Positions 48,368 to 60,340 of a stretch of DNA of 64,000 nucleotides are shown piece after piece. The notes below the pieces were generated by a model that ran no database searches, was not told the DNA's origin, and was given only the letters and a program-made list of their open reading frames with translations. Position numbers and translations under genes: made by a program. Origin of the DNA: Octopus sinensis. Taxonomy: Eukaryota. How positions within the stretch are numbered: position 1 is the stretch's first letter; the number at the start of each line of letters is the position of its first letter. The stretch lies in assembly GCF_006345805.1 (NCBI RefSeq), contig NC_043012.1, positions 13,206,001-13,270,000 of the forward strand, in the 5' to 3' direction.

Positions 48368-49083
48368 GTATGTGGTGAAGCGGTTACCTGAATCCAGATT
48401 ATAATTATGTGGATAATTTTACCTAAAAAGTTTATTTTAACGTACCGATCTACTTGGTAAAATTGTTAATAAATTGATTGATTAATTAATTAATTAATTA
48501 ATTAATTTAATTAATATATTTTACACTTCTATTATCAATTTAAAATTATAATTTTCTCCATGATAGCATACTGCTGTTTTCTGCGGTATTGCTCGTAGAA
48601 TACACGTTGGTATGGAGTTTGAATAGTGTATTCACATTAGGCTCTGTAAATTTTGGAAGTATTGGTTGAATATCTGCTACATGATGACGCTCGATTGTGT
48701 GCATACTCAGTTATAGCACTTTCAAATTTTATAAAAAATTGGGAAAAGAGAAGTAGGTAAAATTCAAATTACTATAATCTCGAAACGCGTATATAATTAA
48801 TCCTGATCGTGTCGATTCATTGTTTTTCTTTTTGCCTTCGTAAAAAAGTATGTTTACCGTCATGAAGATACTTACAGTAGCAGAAAAGGAATGTTTAACT
48901 CCTGTTTCTAATTTCGGTATGTGGTGAAGCAGTTAGCTGAGCCCTAATTATACTTATGCGGATAATTTTACTTATAACGGTTATTTTTAACATACCGAAC
49001 TACTTGTGGTAAAATAGTTAATTAATTAATTAATTAATTTAATTTAATAAATTTTACCCTTCTATTATTAATCTAAAATTATA
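48368..49083. repeat. local direct duplication (48368-48550 and 48918-49083)
   Basis: Shared TATGTGGTGAAGC.GTTA.CTGA...GGATAATTTAC.TA...ACCGA.CTACTTG...(TAAT)n...TTTTAC.CTTCTATTAT. Confidence 0.9.
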
Positions 49084-49092
49084 TATATATAA

Positions 49093-49154
<62 letters not shown>

Positions 49155-49156
<2 letters not shown>

Positions 49157-49520
49157 GACGGACTTCTTTCAGTTTCCGTGTAAAAATCCCTTTCGTTGGC
49201 CCGAAGCTATAGTTGAAGACACCTGGCCATGATGCAACGCAGTGGGACTGAACCCTGAACCATGTGATTGCGAACTATGTCTCTTACGTCACATCCACGC
49301 CTATATATCTATGTGCGTATGTCTTTATGTCTGTGTTTGTCCTCCACCACCGCTTGACAACCGGTATTCGTGTGCTTACGTCCCCGTAACTTGCGGTTCG
49401 GCAAAAGAATCGTTAGAATAAATACTTTGATTTAAAAACGTAAGTCCCGTGTTCGATTTGTTCGACTAAAACCCTCAAAGGTGGTTGCTTTTTTCTGGCT
49501 GTAGACTGAAACATGTACAA
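49155..49520. mobile_element. SINE family A with head (49155-49302, minus) inverted relative to its tail (49320-49520, plus)
   Basis: The reverse-complement head ACGACGGACTTCTTTCAG...CACATCCACGCCT is followed directly by the forward tail TGTCTGTGTTTGTCC...TTCGACTAAAA. Confidence 0.8.
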
Positions 49521-50757
49521 GATATATATGTATATTCTAAAAAGAATAGATTTCGGTACATATGTAGTGTAATATGAACGTGCACCAAGGAGAATAAATG
49601 AAAAGTTTGTTAATTTTATTAATGATAATTTATTCAGTGGGTGAGATTTCGTGAAGTCAGTTTTTCTGAAGCAATGTGAATGTTGCAAAAAATGTAAAAG
49701 GTATGAAGTTAATATTTTGTTGTTGCTTTCCCAATATATCTTTCAACTCAGTAGTTTCATTTCAATAATTATTAAAAAGTAGGAATTTTATATAACATCG
49801 AAGAGAAACGCTTCCTATACTTCGAATTATACAAAACTGACGTTCTGAAACAGTATAACGCATCTTACATTTATTAGCGTCCTCCTGAGAAAATAAGCAA
49901 CACGGAAACACAGAAATGTGGGGAGGAGGTAGAAAGGCAAGTAAAGCAGATGGTCTATGCATCGTGTCGAAATGCAACTCAGAAATTTTAATCTAGATTT
50001 TTATTCTAGCTTATATTTTTAAAACTGGATTGTGTTGCGTGCATATATCAATGTAGTACGTCCAAATTGCTAAGGCGTTTGCACCGAAACAACTTTGCCC
50101 CAGGTTTCATCCCACAACTTGCCAGTTTGTATTTTTTGTTTTACTATAGCTTACGATGTCCCCAAACATTTTCTTAAATTGATATCACGGAAGATGTAAG
50201 GCAAGGGTACGCGTGGATATGGTCAGTGATATACAGGTCTATGCAATTGAGTAGACAGTTCAATTGATCGATCAGCTCAATGGCACTTGATCCGATCAAC
50301 GGAACAACCAACCCGTGACCACTCAACGAAACAATCTACCCTTTATGTACCCTTTATGTAGTTGTCAAGACGATTCGACGTAACGGAGTACGTGACGATG
50401 CTGGCTCTTTGAAAAACATGTACTACTCATGGTCTCCAGCTAGGGAAACGTGAAATAAAATGCCTAGCTGCAACGGGCAATATTAGCTGGATACACATCG
50501 TCGAAAACAACCGAGATCTCTTTTTTATTTTTGCATTTTCCTATTGCATAACGATTTAGCTTCTAGATACGAAACCTGTCGCCTTCCGGGCAACCTATGT
50601 ATAGATGGCCAACCGTAAGAATAGTTTTCAATTCATATAGATTGTCTCAGATTTCCAACAATATACACTTTTCTCACACTTTCTTTGATGTATCGCATGA
50701 TGTGTATCTTGTTATTGATAGGTCTATTTGGTAAGGTGAGTATATGTGCCTCACTTT

Positions 50758-50821
50758 TGCAGAATATCGGGGACAAGCACTAAACCTGTAGGCTTAGTGC
50801 TTGTCCCCGAATTACTCGTAA
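50758..50821. other. GC-rich hairpin (20-bp core stem, 4-nt loop), pri-miRNA-like or mini-foldback
   Basis: TCGGGGACAAGCACTAAACC-TGTA-GGCTTAGTGCTTGTCCCCGA with one mismatch; extends to about 29 bp with bulges. Confidence 0.85.
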
Positions 50822-51364
50822 TTCTAAACTCACGCATACTAAATTTGTTAAAAGTATTCCCCTTTTCCGAGTCCTTTCTCACAGATACCACAGCACTTTT
50901 CGCCAGAGAACTTCACAGCTCTACTTCCAGTCATAGTACACATTTTCTAAGGAAACCTAGGATATCTCTGGCATAGAATGATAATTCTAATGGGGTGAGG
51001 GCGATCGTTCAAAGCCGGTAAAATATTGCTCCTACAAACAGATTGTCAGTTTCAGTTGGTTTTTCACACAAATCCACATCATTGTGTGAGAGCCACGTTG
51101 TTGATGCTGTTGTGGTAGTACATCTTTATTGACGTTACTGCTTGTCTTACTGCTGTTGTGAAACAAGATCCGTCACCAATGAGGACATTCTCCTTCACTT
51201 TGCTGTGCGTAGAATTTGTTTCTGCGAATACGTAGATGATTTCCCCCATTCGTGATGAAAACTGTTCCAGTATATTTAAGGATAACGTTCATCCAAACAT
51301 ATTTATATGTTGAGCATTTTTCAAACTCTATGGTGAAGAATAATCTATCTTGCCGTTCTAACCT

Positions 51365-51596
51365 ATTTCTTTACTACCCACAAGGGGCTTAAACACAGAG
51401 GGGACAAACAAGGACAGACAAACGGATTAAGTCGATTACATCGATCCCAGTGCATAACTGGTACTTAATTTATCGACCCCGAAAGGATGAAATTTAAAGT
51501 CGACCTCGGCGGTATTTGAACTCAGAACGTAACGGCAGACAAAACACGGCCAGGCATTTCGCCCGGCATGCTAACGCTTCTGCCAGCTGGCCGCCT
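51365..51596 (-). mobile_element. SINE family B, full length, young
   Basis: Reverse-complement match to 33091-33321. Confidence 0.93.
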
Positions 51597-52164
51597 TTAA
51601 CGCTTCTACCAGCTTGTCGTTCTAACCGCCTTCGCGGAGCTGATGACACTATGCTAACAACAGTATTGTCAATATTAATGGAGTTCATGTTAAAGGTGAT
51701 GGCAGTGGTGGCGTAGGCATTATCTGCAGGTGTGTTGCTACTGCTGTTAGCTAACTTTTGTTTAATTTTTTCTCATAATCATAATGAACATACTTCTTCA
51801 TATCGCTCTTCCTGGTTTTGTTTCTTTAGCTTTCTCGTCGTCAAATTCATTGTTGTTCCTGTTGCTGCTGCTGATTAAAGTTGCTGTTTTTGATGCAGGT
51901 GATAGCATTATCGCATTCGATCATTTCGTTTTTCTTTGTTGTTGTTCTTGGCTATATAAACAGAGGTTGTGGTGTACTTATTTGGTGTAAAAGAAGAAGA
52001 ACGAGGAGTTGAAAATTCTGTTCTAATTAATGCTTACGTCTCTCCGACATCTTGTCTTAAACTTCGACACCATATTTAATATGCTTTGTTTTAAATAAGA
52101 AACGTACAAGGAAGTTTCAAATTTCCCTTCTAAGAGCGTCAACAGAAGAGAGTTGATTAATTAC

Positions 52165-52639
52165 CAATGTGTTCTTGCTCGCTTAACAATAGTAGAGGGA
52201 AACAGTTTGGGAACACAGGCATTCAAAATGCAAATAACGTCTACAAAATTTACAACCATGTAAACGCGGTCTCTGAAAAAGAACAAATTGATACGACCAC
52301 AAACCCGAAGGCATCGTCGAAAATGATAATGCAAAGATCCTGTGGGATTTTATAATTCAGTGCGACCATGAAACAGAGAACAGGAATCCAGACATAGCCT
52401 TAACTGAAAAAGAATGCAAACTATGTTGGTTCATAGATATAGCAACCCAGCTGACAACAGGGTATGTGATAAGAAAGAAGGAAAAGTCAAGATATATGAC
52501 AGGTTAGCTTGGGAGGTTAAGCAGTTGTGGTCAATGAAAATGGTGGTAGTAATACCAATAATTGACGAAGCCCTGGGAACAGGGAGAAATACATGGAACA
52601 AATAGTGGCTGCAAAAAATGTTAGCAGCTGTGCAAAGGC
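52165..52639 (+). pseudogene. R4/Dong-clade RLE-domain fragment (copy C)
   Basis: *YDHKPEGIVENDNAKILWDFIIQCDHETENRNPDI...CWFIDIA.PAD.RV..K...K...YDRLAWEVKQLW...VVVIPII..ALG; ends TGCAAAGGC(AAT)n. Confidence 0.85.
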
Positions 52640-52661
52640 AATAATAATAATAATAATAATG

Positions 52662-52709
<48 letters not shown>

Positions 52710-52761
52710 GTAATAATAATAATAATAGTAATAATAATAATAATAATAATAGCAATAATAA
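52640..52761. repeat. (AAT)n microsatellite
   Basis: Direct inspection. Confidence 0.95.
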
Positions 52762-53271
52762 TGGAAGTGTTATCATGTACGTTGGAAGTGTTATGGACTG
52801 GAAGTGTTATCATGTACATTGTTTTGTCTTGGTATAAAAGATGGGCTACAGCAAATATTCTGCTCAATACCACAGATTTAAGCATGTCCTCTAGTGGCTG
52901 ACGATATGTGCATCTCTGATCACGAGCAGAAGTAGTGGGGGAGCATCATAGCCATGTGTTGAGAGGGATTCTTTGGGGTTTGAATAATTCACCTCTGGAA
53001 ACATGGGTGGTTCTTTCAACATCCTTAAACAACCCTTATTCAGGGACCTTTTGAGTGGGATGGGTTACTCAACCTGAAGAAAATTCTAACTGGGCCCCAC
53101 CTGCAAGGTCATGTGCTGTTTATCTTGATATGAGATCACCATGTCGCGCACATATGGTTGTGATGCATGTGCATGGTGTACCCTTATCAGACGGGTAATC
53201 ATGATGGGTATATTGGGCTTCGTATATTTCACCCCAGTGTCACTTTGATGGCATGCACTGCTCTCTCACTC
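52762..53271. mobile_element. (AAT)n-embedded non-coding element, copy 2 (left end shortened)
   Basis: Collinear with 10255-10754. The left end carries three GGAAGTGTTA repeats; the right end is GCATGCACTGCTCTCTCACTC(AAT)n. Confidence 0.8.
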
Positions 53272-53316
53272 AATAATAATAGCAATAATAATAATAATAA
53301 CAATAATAATAATAAC

Positions 53317-53359
<43 letters not shown>

Positions 53360-53378
53360 TTAATAATAATAATAATAA
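53272..53378. repeat. (AAT)n microsatellite
   Basis: Direct inspection. Confidence 0.95.
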
Positions 53379-53795
53379 TTGGTACGACCACAAATCTGAA
53401 GGCATCGTCGAATATAGAAATGCAACGATCCTATGGGATTTTATGATTCCGTGCGACCGTGATATAGAGAACAGGAATTGTCTTAATTGAGAAAGAAAAC
53501 AAACTATGCTGGATCACGGACATAGCATGCCCAGCTGACATCAAGGTATGCGATAAGGAAGAAAGAAATGTCGAGAGATATAACAGGTTAGCTTGGGAAG
53601 TTAAGCAGTTGTGGTCGATGAAATAGGTAGTGGTAGTACCAATAATTGTCAGAGCCTTAGGAACAGTGAGCAAAATTCTCGAGAATTATGTGGAACAAAT
53701 AGGGGCTGAAATAAGGGTGGAGCACTTTCAGAAAACAGTACTGCTTGGAACCGTCACCGTAGCACATCCCCAGCATTAGAAGCGCTGCAAAGGCA
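53379..53795 (+). pseudogene. R4/Dong-clade RLE-domain fragment (copy D, same family as C)
   Basis: WYDHKSEGIVEYRNATILWDF...DIACPADIKVCDKEE.NVERYNRLAWEVKQLW...VPIIVRALGTVSK...QKTVLLGT; ends TGCAAAGGC then (AAT)-type repeats. Confidence 0.88.
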
Positions 53796-53844
53796 ATGAT
53801 AATAATAATGATAATAATGATGATAATCCTCTCTGCTATAGGCC

Positions 53845-53965
53845 CAAGGCCTGAAATAATTGAGAGGAGGGGTACTCAATTTACAACCCCTGATATTCAA
53901 TTTACTAACTCCGAGAGATATGAAAGGCAGAGTCGACCACGGCGAAATTTGAACTCAGAACGTAA
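53845..53965 (-). mobile_element. SINE family B fragment
   Basis: ATGAAAGGCAGAGTCGACCACGGCGAAATTTGAACTCAGAACGT. Confidence 0.75.
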
Positions 53966-54194
53966 TATCAAATTCCAGTATATAAGACAAGGCAGCATAT
54001 TTGCAAAAATAAGAGAACATTTGAACACGTCTAGATTGGAAATCAGAAAGTAAAACGCTTGAAGAAAAAATTCAAAGAAGACACTATAACGATTTCTGAC
54101 AATCCAAAGCCTTTTACCGTATCCAATTAAAAGAATCTGTCGAAGAATAACGAAGAAAGAGTTGTAGTTATTAACCTCGAATATAGGTTTCAAA

Positions 54195-54392
54195 TTCTGA
54201 TACAAGGTCAACTATTTCAGGGAAGGGGTAAGTTGATTATATTGACCTTAGTTCAAGTGGTACGTATTTTATTGACACTCGAATGGATGAAAGGCAAAGT
54301 CGACTCCGGCGGCGTTTGAACTCAGAACTTAATGTCGGAAGAAATGCCGCAAAGCACTGTACCTGCGCGGTATCCAGTTTACCAGCTCTCCG
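54195..54392 (-). mobile_element. SINE family B
   Basis: GGATGAAAGGCAAAGTCGACTCCGGCGGCGTTTGAACTCAGAAC...CCAGCTCTCCGC. Confidence 0.8.
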
Positions 54393-55337
54393 CTGCATGT
54401 AATCTGAAATACTAAAAATTATATTGATAAAGATTTTTTTTTTAGCCGGTGCAAATAATTTGCTTAAATGCTGTTAAAAGTAACTTTCGCGTTTAACTTT
54501 TATTGCAAAGGAAATAAAAATTACTAATGATATTAATGTGACTCAGGTAAGAAGAGATGAAAAGTATTTTTTCGATAATTATTCCTCTGGCTCACCTCCT
54601 CAAGAGATGAAATAATGTTATTAATAAATATTATGACAATGGCTATTATTTGCGTAAAATGCCTGATAAATCGGTCACGTTTTCGATTATACTTCAAGAT
54701 GAAACTAATATATTTATTTAGGAAAATTGATATACAAACACGTAAATATTCAGCTATATATGAGCTTCTGCCGTCTTGCATCAGTTTGTGTATGTCTGTA
54801 TGTCTGTATTTATATATGTATGTGTGTATGTATGTAGTATGTATGTATGTATGTATGTATGTATGTATGTATGTATGTATGTATGTATGTATGTATGTAT
54901 GTATGCATGCATGTATGAATGATTCTGCTATTTGTTTAATTATTATCAATCTTCCACAGAAGAGGCCGGTTCCCAACAAAGATACAAGGCTCCATCTTTG
55001 GGATATGGTCAACACCGACAAGTTCACATTTGGAACTTGAGAATAGTCTTGCATATATTTACTGTTCTCACAGATTGCACTTGTGGTGTACGAATTAGCC
55101 GATCGATTTCCCTTTCTAAAAATCCCAGTTTAACCAGATTCTCCTTTAAGCGTTTACTAGCGTTTACTAACAAAACCTAGTGCCCCAATTATAATTGGTA
55201 TCAATACGAATTCATAGTCTAAATATAGAAGCTGGAGTTGTCGAAGTAGATGTCCATAGGTATCCTCTTTTCTTTGACTTTTAAAGAGATATTTGTATCT
55301 ACAGGGCAGCTGACCTCTATGGTGGTACAATCATCAT

Positions 55338-55338
<1 letters not shown>

Positions 55339-55404
<66 letters not shown>

Positions 55405-55430
55405 GTCTATCTATCTATCTATCTATCTAA

Positions 55431-55465
<35 letters not shown>

Positions 55466-55488
55466 TATATACACACACACACACACAC

Positions 55489-55560
<72 letters not shown>
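55339..55560. repeat. compound (TATC)n/(TA)n/(CA)n microsatellite
   Basis: Direct inspection. Confidence 0.95.
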
Positions 55561-55561
<1 letters not shown>

Positions 55562-55594
55562 AGCGAACGTTAAATGACGATGATGATAAATAAG

Positions 55595-56699
55595 GATTCA
55601 TAGATGAATACTGGGGTTTTCGTGTTTTATCATCGATTGAGGCTGTAGTAATGTTGTGACATATTTATGATCTATCCATCTATCTGTCTGTCTATCTGTC
55701 TATCTGCGTCTGACAAAATGATGGAATTAAGAATGCATTCAACTACTGCCGTGGTTGAATGATTATATATATATATATATATATACAATGCTGAAAGCAA
55801 ATAAGCACACGGTGCCTATATATGTTTTCCCTATAATTTAGGGTTCAATTTTTTTCACGCAGCTATGTAGATATATATTTTCTAGGATTTCAGCTAAATT
55901 ACAGGTTATGCATTTCTTAGTATGGATGCATTTAAAAGACTGTGATGAAATATACCAGAATAAAATCATCATGAGATTTGTAAAAAGACCTGAATTAATA
56001 TAAATAAGAGCGAAAAAGATTTCGCGGCGATATTTACCAAGAGTAATAAGTGTCACGTAAGTGGAACCGAATTCGCAACCGGTGATATATCATACTTCAA
56101 TAAGAGCATTTATTACTATAGTTTTATGTGTGACTAAATTGTTCCCTGAAAAATCCTCTATTTTATAAATTGAATTTCTGTTGCTCTCAGCCTCTCTATA
56201 TTCATCATTTTCTGAAGTTTCATGTCCTTGTACACTGACAATGCAAATAGCCTTGTAATTTACTTCTTACATTATATCTGTATTCTTCTTCTGAATATAG
56301 TAAGTACATTATTAGATGAGAGATTTAAGAGTTTTGTTCAGTGTTGGCCACTTACGGAAATATGTTACGTTGCCTATTGTCGTGTGAAGGCAATTCTTTT
56401 AAAGCGAAACACATTTTGGGAAGTCGTTTTACTGTGGCCCACTGTGACAAATAGAAAATGAAATAATGACTACACAAGCTCAAAAAAGAATGTCGTTGTT
56501 TAACGTTTTAAATGAAATGAGAATGAAATGAGAATTGTGAAATTATTTATGGGGTGTTATAAATTGTTTCCCAACATTTTTTGTTTCTATAAGGACCCCG
56601 AATTTCGAGTGATAATAATGATTCATAGACGAATACTGAGTTTTTCGTGTTTTATCATCGATTGAGACTGTAGTAATGTTGTGACCTATTTATGATCTA
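55595..56699. repeat. ~80-bp direct repeat pair (55595-55673 and 56620-56699)
   Basis: GATTCATAGA.GAATACTG.G.TTTTCGTGTTTTATCATCGATTGAG.CTGTAGTAATGTTGTGAC.TATTTATGATCTA occurs twice. Confidence 0.9.
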
Positions 56700-58124
56700 A
56701 AGACTTGAAAGACGATTATCTTTTCTGCCCGGACCAATTTTGAAATTCACTGATGTTTTCCATGTTGTGTTTGACTTTGAACTCTTCAAGACACTAAATT
56801 TCAATTGAAGACCCGATAGAAATATTATTATAATGCTGGCAAATGCATGAAAATATATTTTGAAATCCTTACCAATTCATCACAACTTGAATCGTTTCAT
56901 TTAGCCACAAATTAGTGAACGGAATCTTGAGCAAATCCGAAAAGATATGTATAATAAATTTTCAATGTTGTATTTTTCACAATCATGCTTATTATTCAAG
57001 TTATCTCTAGGTTGAATAATAAAAAAACAATTTTGAATTGTACCATTAGATATTCACTGAAATATATATCGAGCACATAAACATTGAATCACATTGAATT
57101 CTTAGATGAAACACATACTATCTCATTAAGAAGTGAAAAGACTAATTCATCCAATTAGCCACCATTTCAAAGAGATTGAAAACGCTATTTAATATTCACA
57201 ATGTATCAATCATCTTTCAAAACTTGTGATGTCCCTTTATCGGTAATAAAAACATTTACAGAAGAATAGGGCGGTGAATGTTGATGTTTCGCTTGTATTT
57301 CTCTCAACACAAAAGGTTCGAAATTAAATATCACACGTTGTATGTAATGGAATACCTTTCCTTATCCATGGTGTAGGAATAACTTTCGTTTGAACTTAAT
57401 TTTTCCTACTAATACGATTCAATAGGTGAGTGGAAAACTATGGATTCAGTTTGCTCTAAATTAGATGTTTTGCTAGGTGTTAAATCGGACAAGTTGTCAA
57501 TGCAATGTAAATAATATAATCTTCAGTTTGTATCATAGAGCTAAAAGGATTACCAGAGTACATGTTTTGTAACAACCTGGAAAAGGCGGTAAATTTTGTC
57601 AAATTACCATCTTGCACAACGCTTTGACTACAAATATGTAAATTTTGTTGAGAGGCAATCATATGCATAACTTGAATGTAACATGAACATTCGGCAATGC
57701 TCCCCCGCTATCCCTTGTTGCATTTCTTTAAAGAGATGGACCTAATTACTTTTGAAAGTATCGCAGCAATTGAAATTTCTAATTGGATTATCCTAAAGTT
57801 TTGTTTCTTTTCTCTTAGGGATACTTATGACCAATAACTGGCCAATAACTAGTCATGACCTGTCAACTCACTCTTGTTCTTTATTCTAAATATACAATCT
57901 TCTAGTCTCAGGTTTTAGTAGATGATAATTAAATAAATACGTTGTTAATGAATTACAATCGTATGACCCCCCCCCCCTGTCCTCCTTGCTATTCTAAGAA
58001 ACTGTAGTCAGTTTTTTTCTTAACCACTTTTGCTGAAATGGCGACAAAAATAAATTGCTTCCATCTTCATATATATATTGTGTGCACAGCTGAAGATAGC
58101 ATTGCATTTAAAGTATGTATGGAC

Positions 58125-58297
58125 GCCGTCTCCAGGCGAGTTCAGTAGACTAGACATGTTCATGCACGGCTGCAACGCGCTGGTCGACCGATTCAATTTC
58201 TAAATAGATCACTCCGGAATAACTTCACCCGGGCTGAATCAATTGTACATAATGTAAATAATGTACATAATTCTTCATCTCTTAAATATAGAACTGT
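58125..58297 (+). mobile_element. possible 3' end of a LINE-derived repeat
   Basis: A short GC-rich stretch followed by a (TGTACATAA)-repeated tail-like segment; no convincing translation. Confidence 0.3.
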
Positions 58298-58549
58298 TAT
58301 TCTTTTTTTTTTCGATTTTTTTTTATCGTGTTTTCCGTCGAACTTATTTTAATTTTTCAAATCTTTTAATTGTATTAATGCTGTATTATTTTTTTATGAT
58401 AGTATTAGTTTCGATTTAATGCCTTTCATTTTTAGTTTGTATCTTGAATCTGTAATTTTTTGTATTTATTTATCCATAAATTTTAATTTTACGACTTGTA
58501 ACTTTTCCCCTTTTTTTCCCCTATCTCTTTATTTTTCATTTCTGTATCT

Positions 58550-58631
58550 ACACACACATAAATACACGACGCACACATACACGCAAGCGCAAAGACGAGC
58601 GTATATATGCCTCACATATACCGCACTCACC

Positions 58632-58664
<33 letters not shown>

Positions 58665-60340
58665 TACATATATGCACAAACATACATACGCACACACGCA
58701 CATACACGCTCACACACAGGCACGTTCACGCAAGTACGCACGCCCACACATGCACGCACACGCACGCACGCTCACAGGAACGCACATATACATCCACACA
58801 CAACCCCACGCACGCATTCGCATACATACACGCACAGGCCCACACAGACACATACACACACGCATACATATACACACATACGTACATACATGCAGGCGCA
58901 CACAGCTGAACGCACATATACCTCATGTATACTTCTCACACACACCACACACACACATACATGAAGACGCACACACAACCCATACATGCGCACACATATA
59001 CACACGTACACTCCACGCGGAAATGCACATACACACGGGCACACACACACGCACATACACAAACAAATATGCACACGCACTTAACCACACACGCACACAT
59101 ACACATGCACACATACACGCACGCATACATACGCACCACACACATATACACATACATCCACACATGCCCGCACACATACGCACAGATATACCCACGCAAA
59201 CACACGCACACACACGCGAATGAACATGAACGCACAAATAACTCCCCCACACAACGCACACTCACACACACGCATACACTTACACATACACAGGCATACA
59301 CAAACCACACGCACATAGACGTACACACACACGCACACATAGGAATGCACATTTACCGCTATACACAAACTCCATAAACAAGCTCACGCATACACACATA
59401 CACATATGCATATACACACACATGGACACAGGTATAAACACGCACGCATACACATGCACACACACATACACATACACACAAAAGCATGCGCACGCACACC
59501 ACACAACATATACAAACATGCACACGCATACATACACACATACATACATACATACATACATACATACATACACACATACATACATACATACATACATACA
59601 CACATACATACATACATACATATATACATACATACACACATACACACATACATACATACATACAAACATGCATACATACATACATACATACAAACACACA
59701 TACATACATACATACATATATACATACATACATACATACATACATACATACACACATACATACACACATACATACATACATACATATATACATACATACA
59801 TACATACATATATACATACATACACACATACACACATACATACATACATACAAACATGCATACATACTACATACATACACATACATACTACATACATACA
59901 TACATACATACTTACATACATACATACATACACACACACACATACTACATACATACATACATACATACATGCATACATACATACATACACACATACATAC
60001 ATACATACATACATACATACATGCACACATACACACACTTCAAACTGGCAGTCAAGCACCTTTCTACTCACCATTCCTCTTCGTACACGTATAGAACACA
60101 CAGCTACACAAAAGCCCACCACTCCTCTTACTATGCTCCTCACTCGACCTACAACATTTACAGACACACCTTCACTCACACATACATATACACACTGCCA
60201 ACACCACACAAACACCACACACTCACACAGACAACACACACACATACACAGACATGCTGTTACACACACAGACTTGTGCTCACGTACCCAAACATACACA
60301 CAGATAGATCCATCATTACATTCTCCTCTCTTAGAAAGAA
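58550..60340. repeat. ~1.8-kb degenerate (CA)n/(CATA)n low-complexity block
   Basis: Purer (CATA)n core at ~59530-60020 with decayed CA-rich flanks; it is the source of the spurious 100-380 aa ORFs. Confidence 0.95.

Noticed and set aside
48760-48795. TCTCGAAACGCGT, 3' half of a hammerhead
   Set aside because: No CUGANGA-like core upstream.
53975-54060. QYIRQG...KIREHL, GIY-YIG-like
   Set aside because: A single weak motif with no flanking PLE similarity.
57200-57720. Possible decayed RT or helicase on the minus strand
   Set aside because: Hand translation gave no diagnostic motif.
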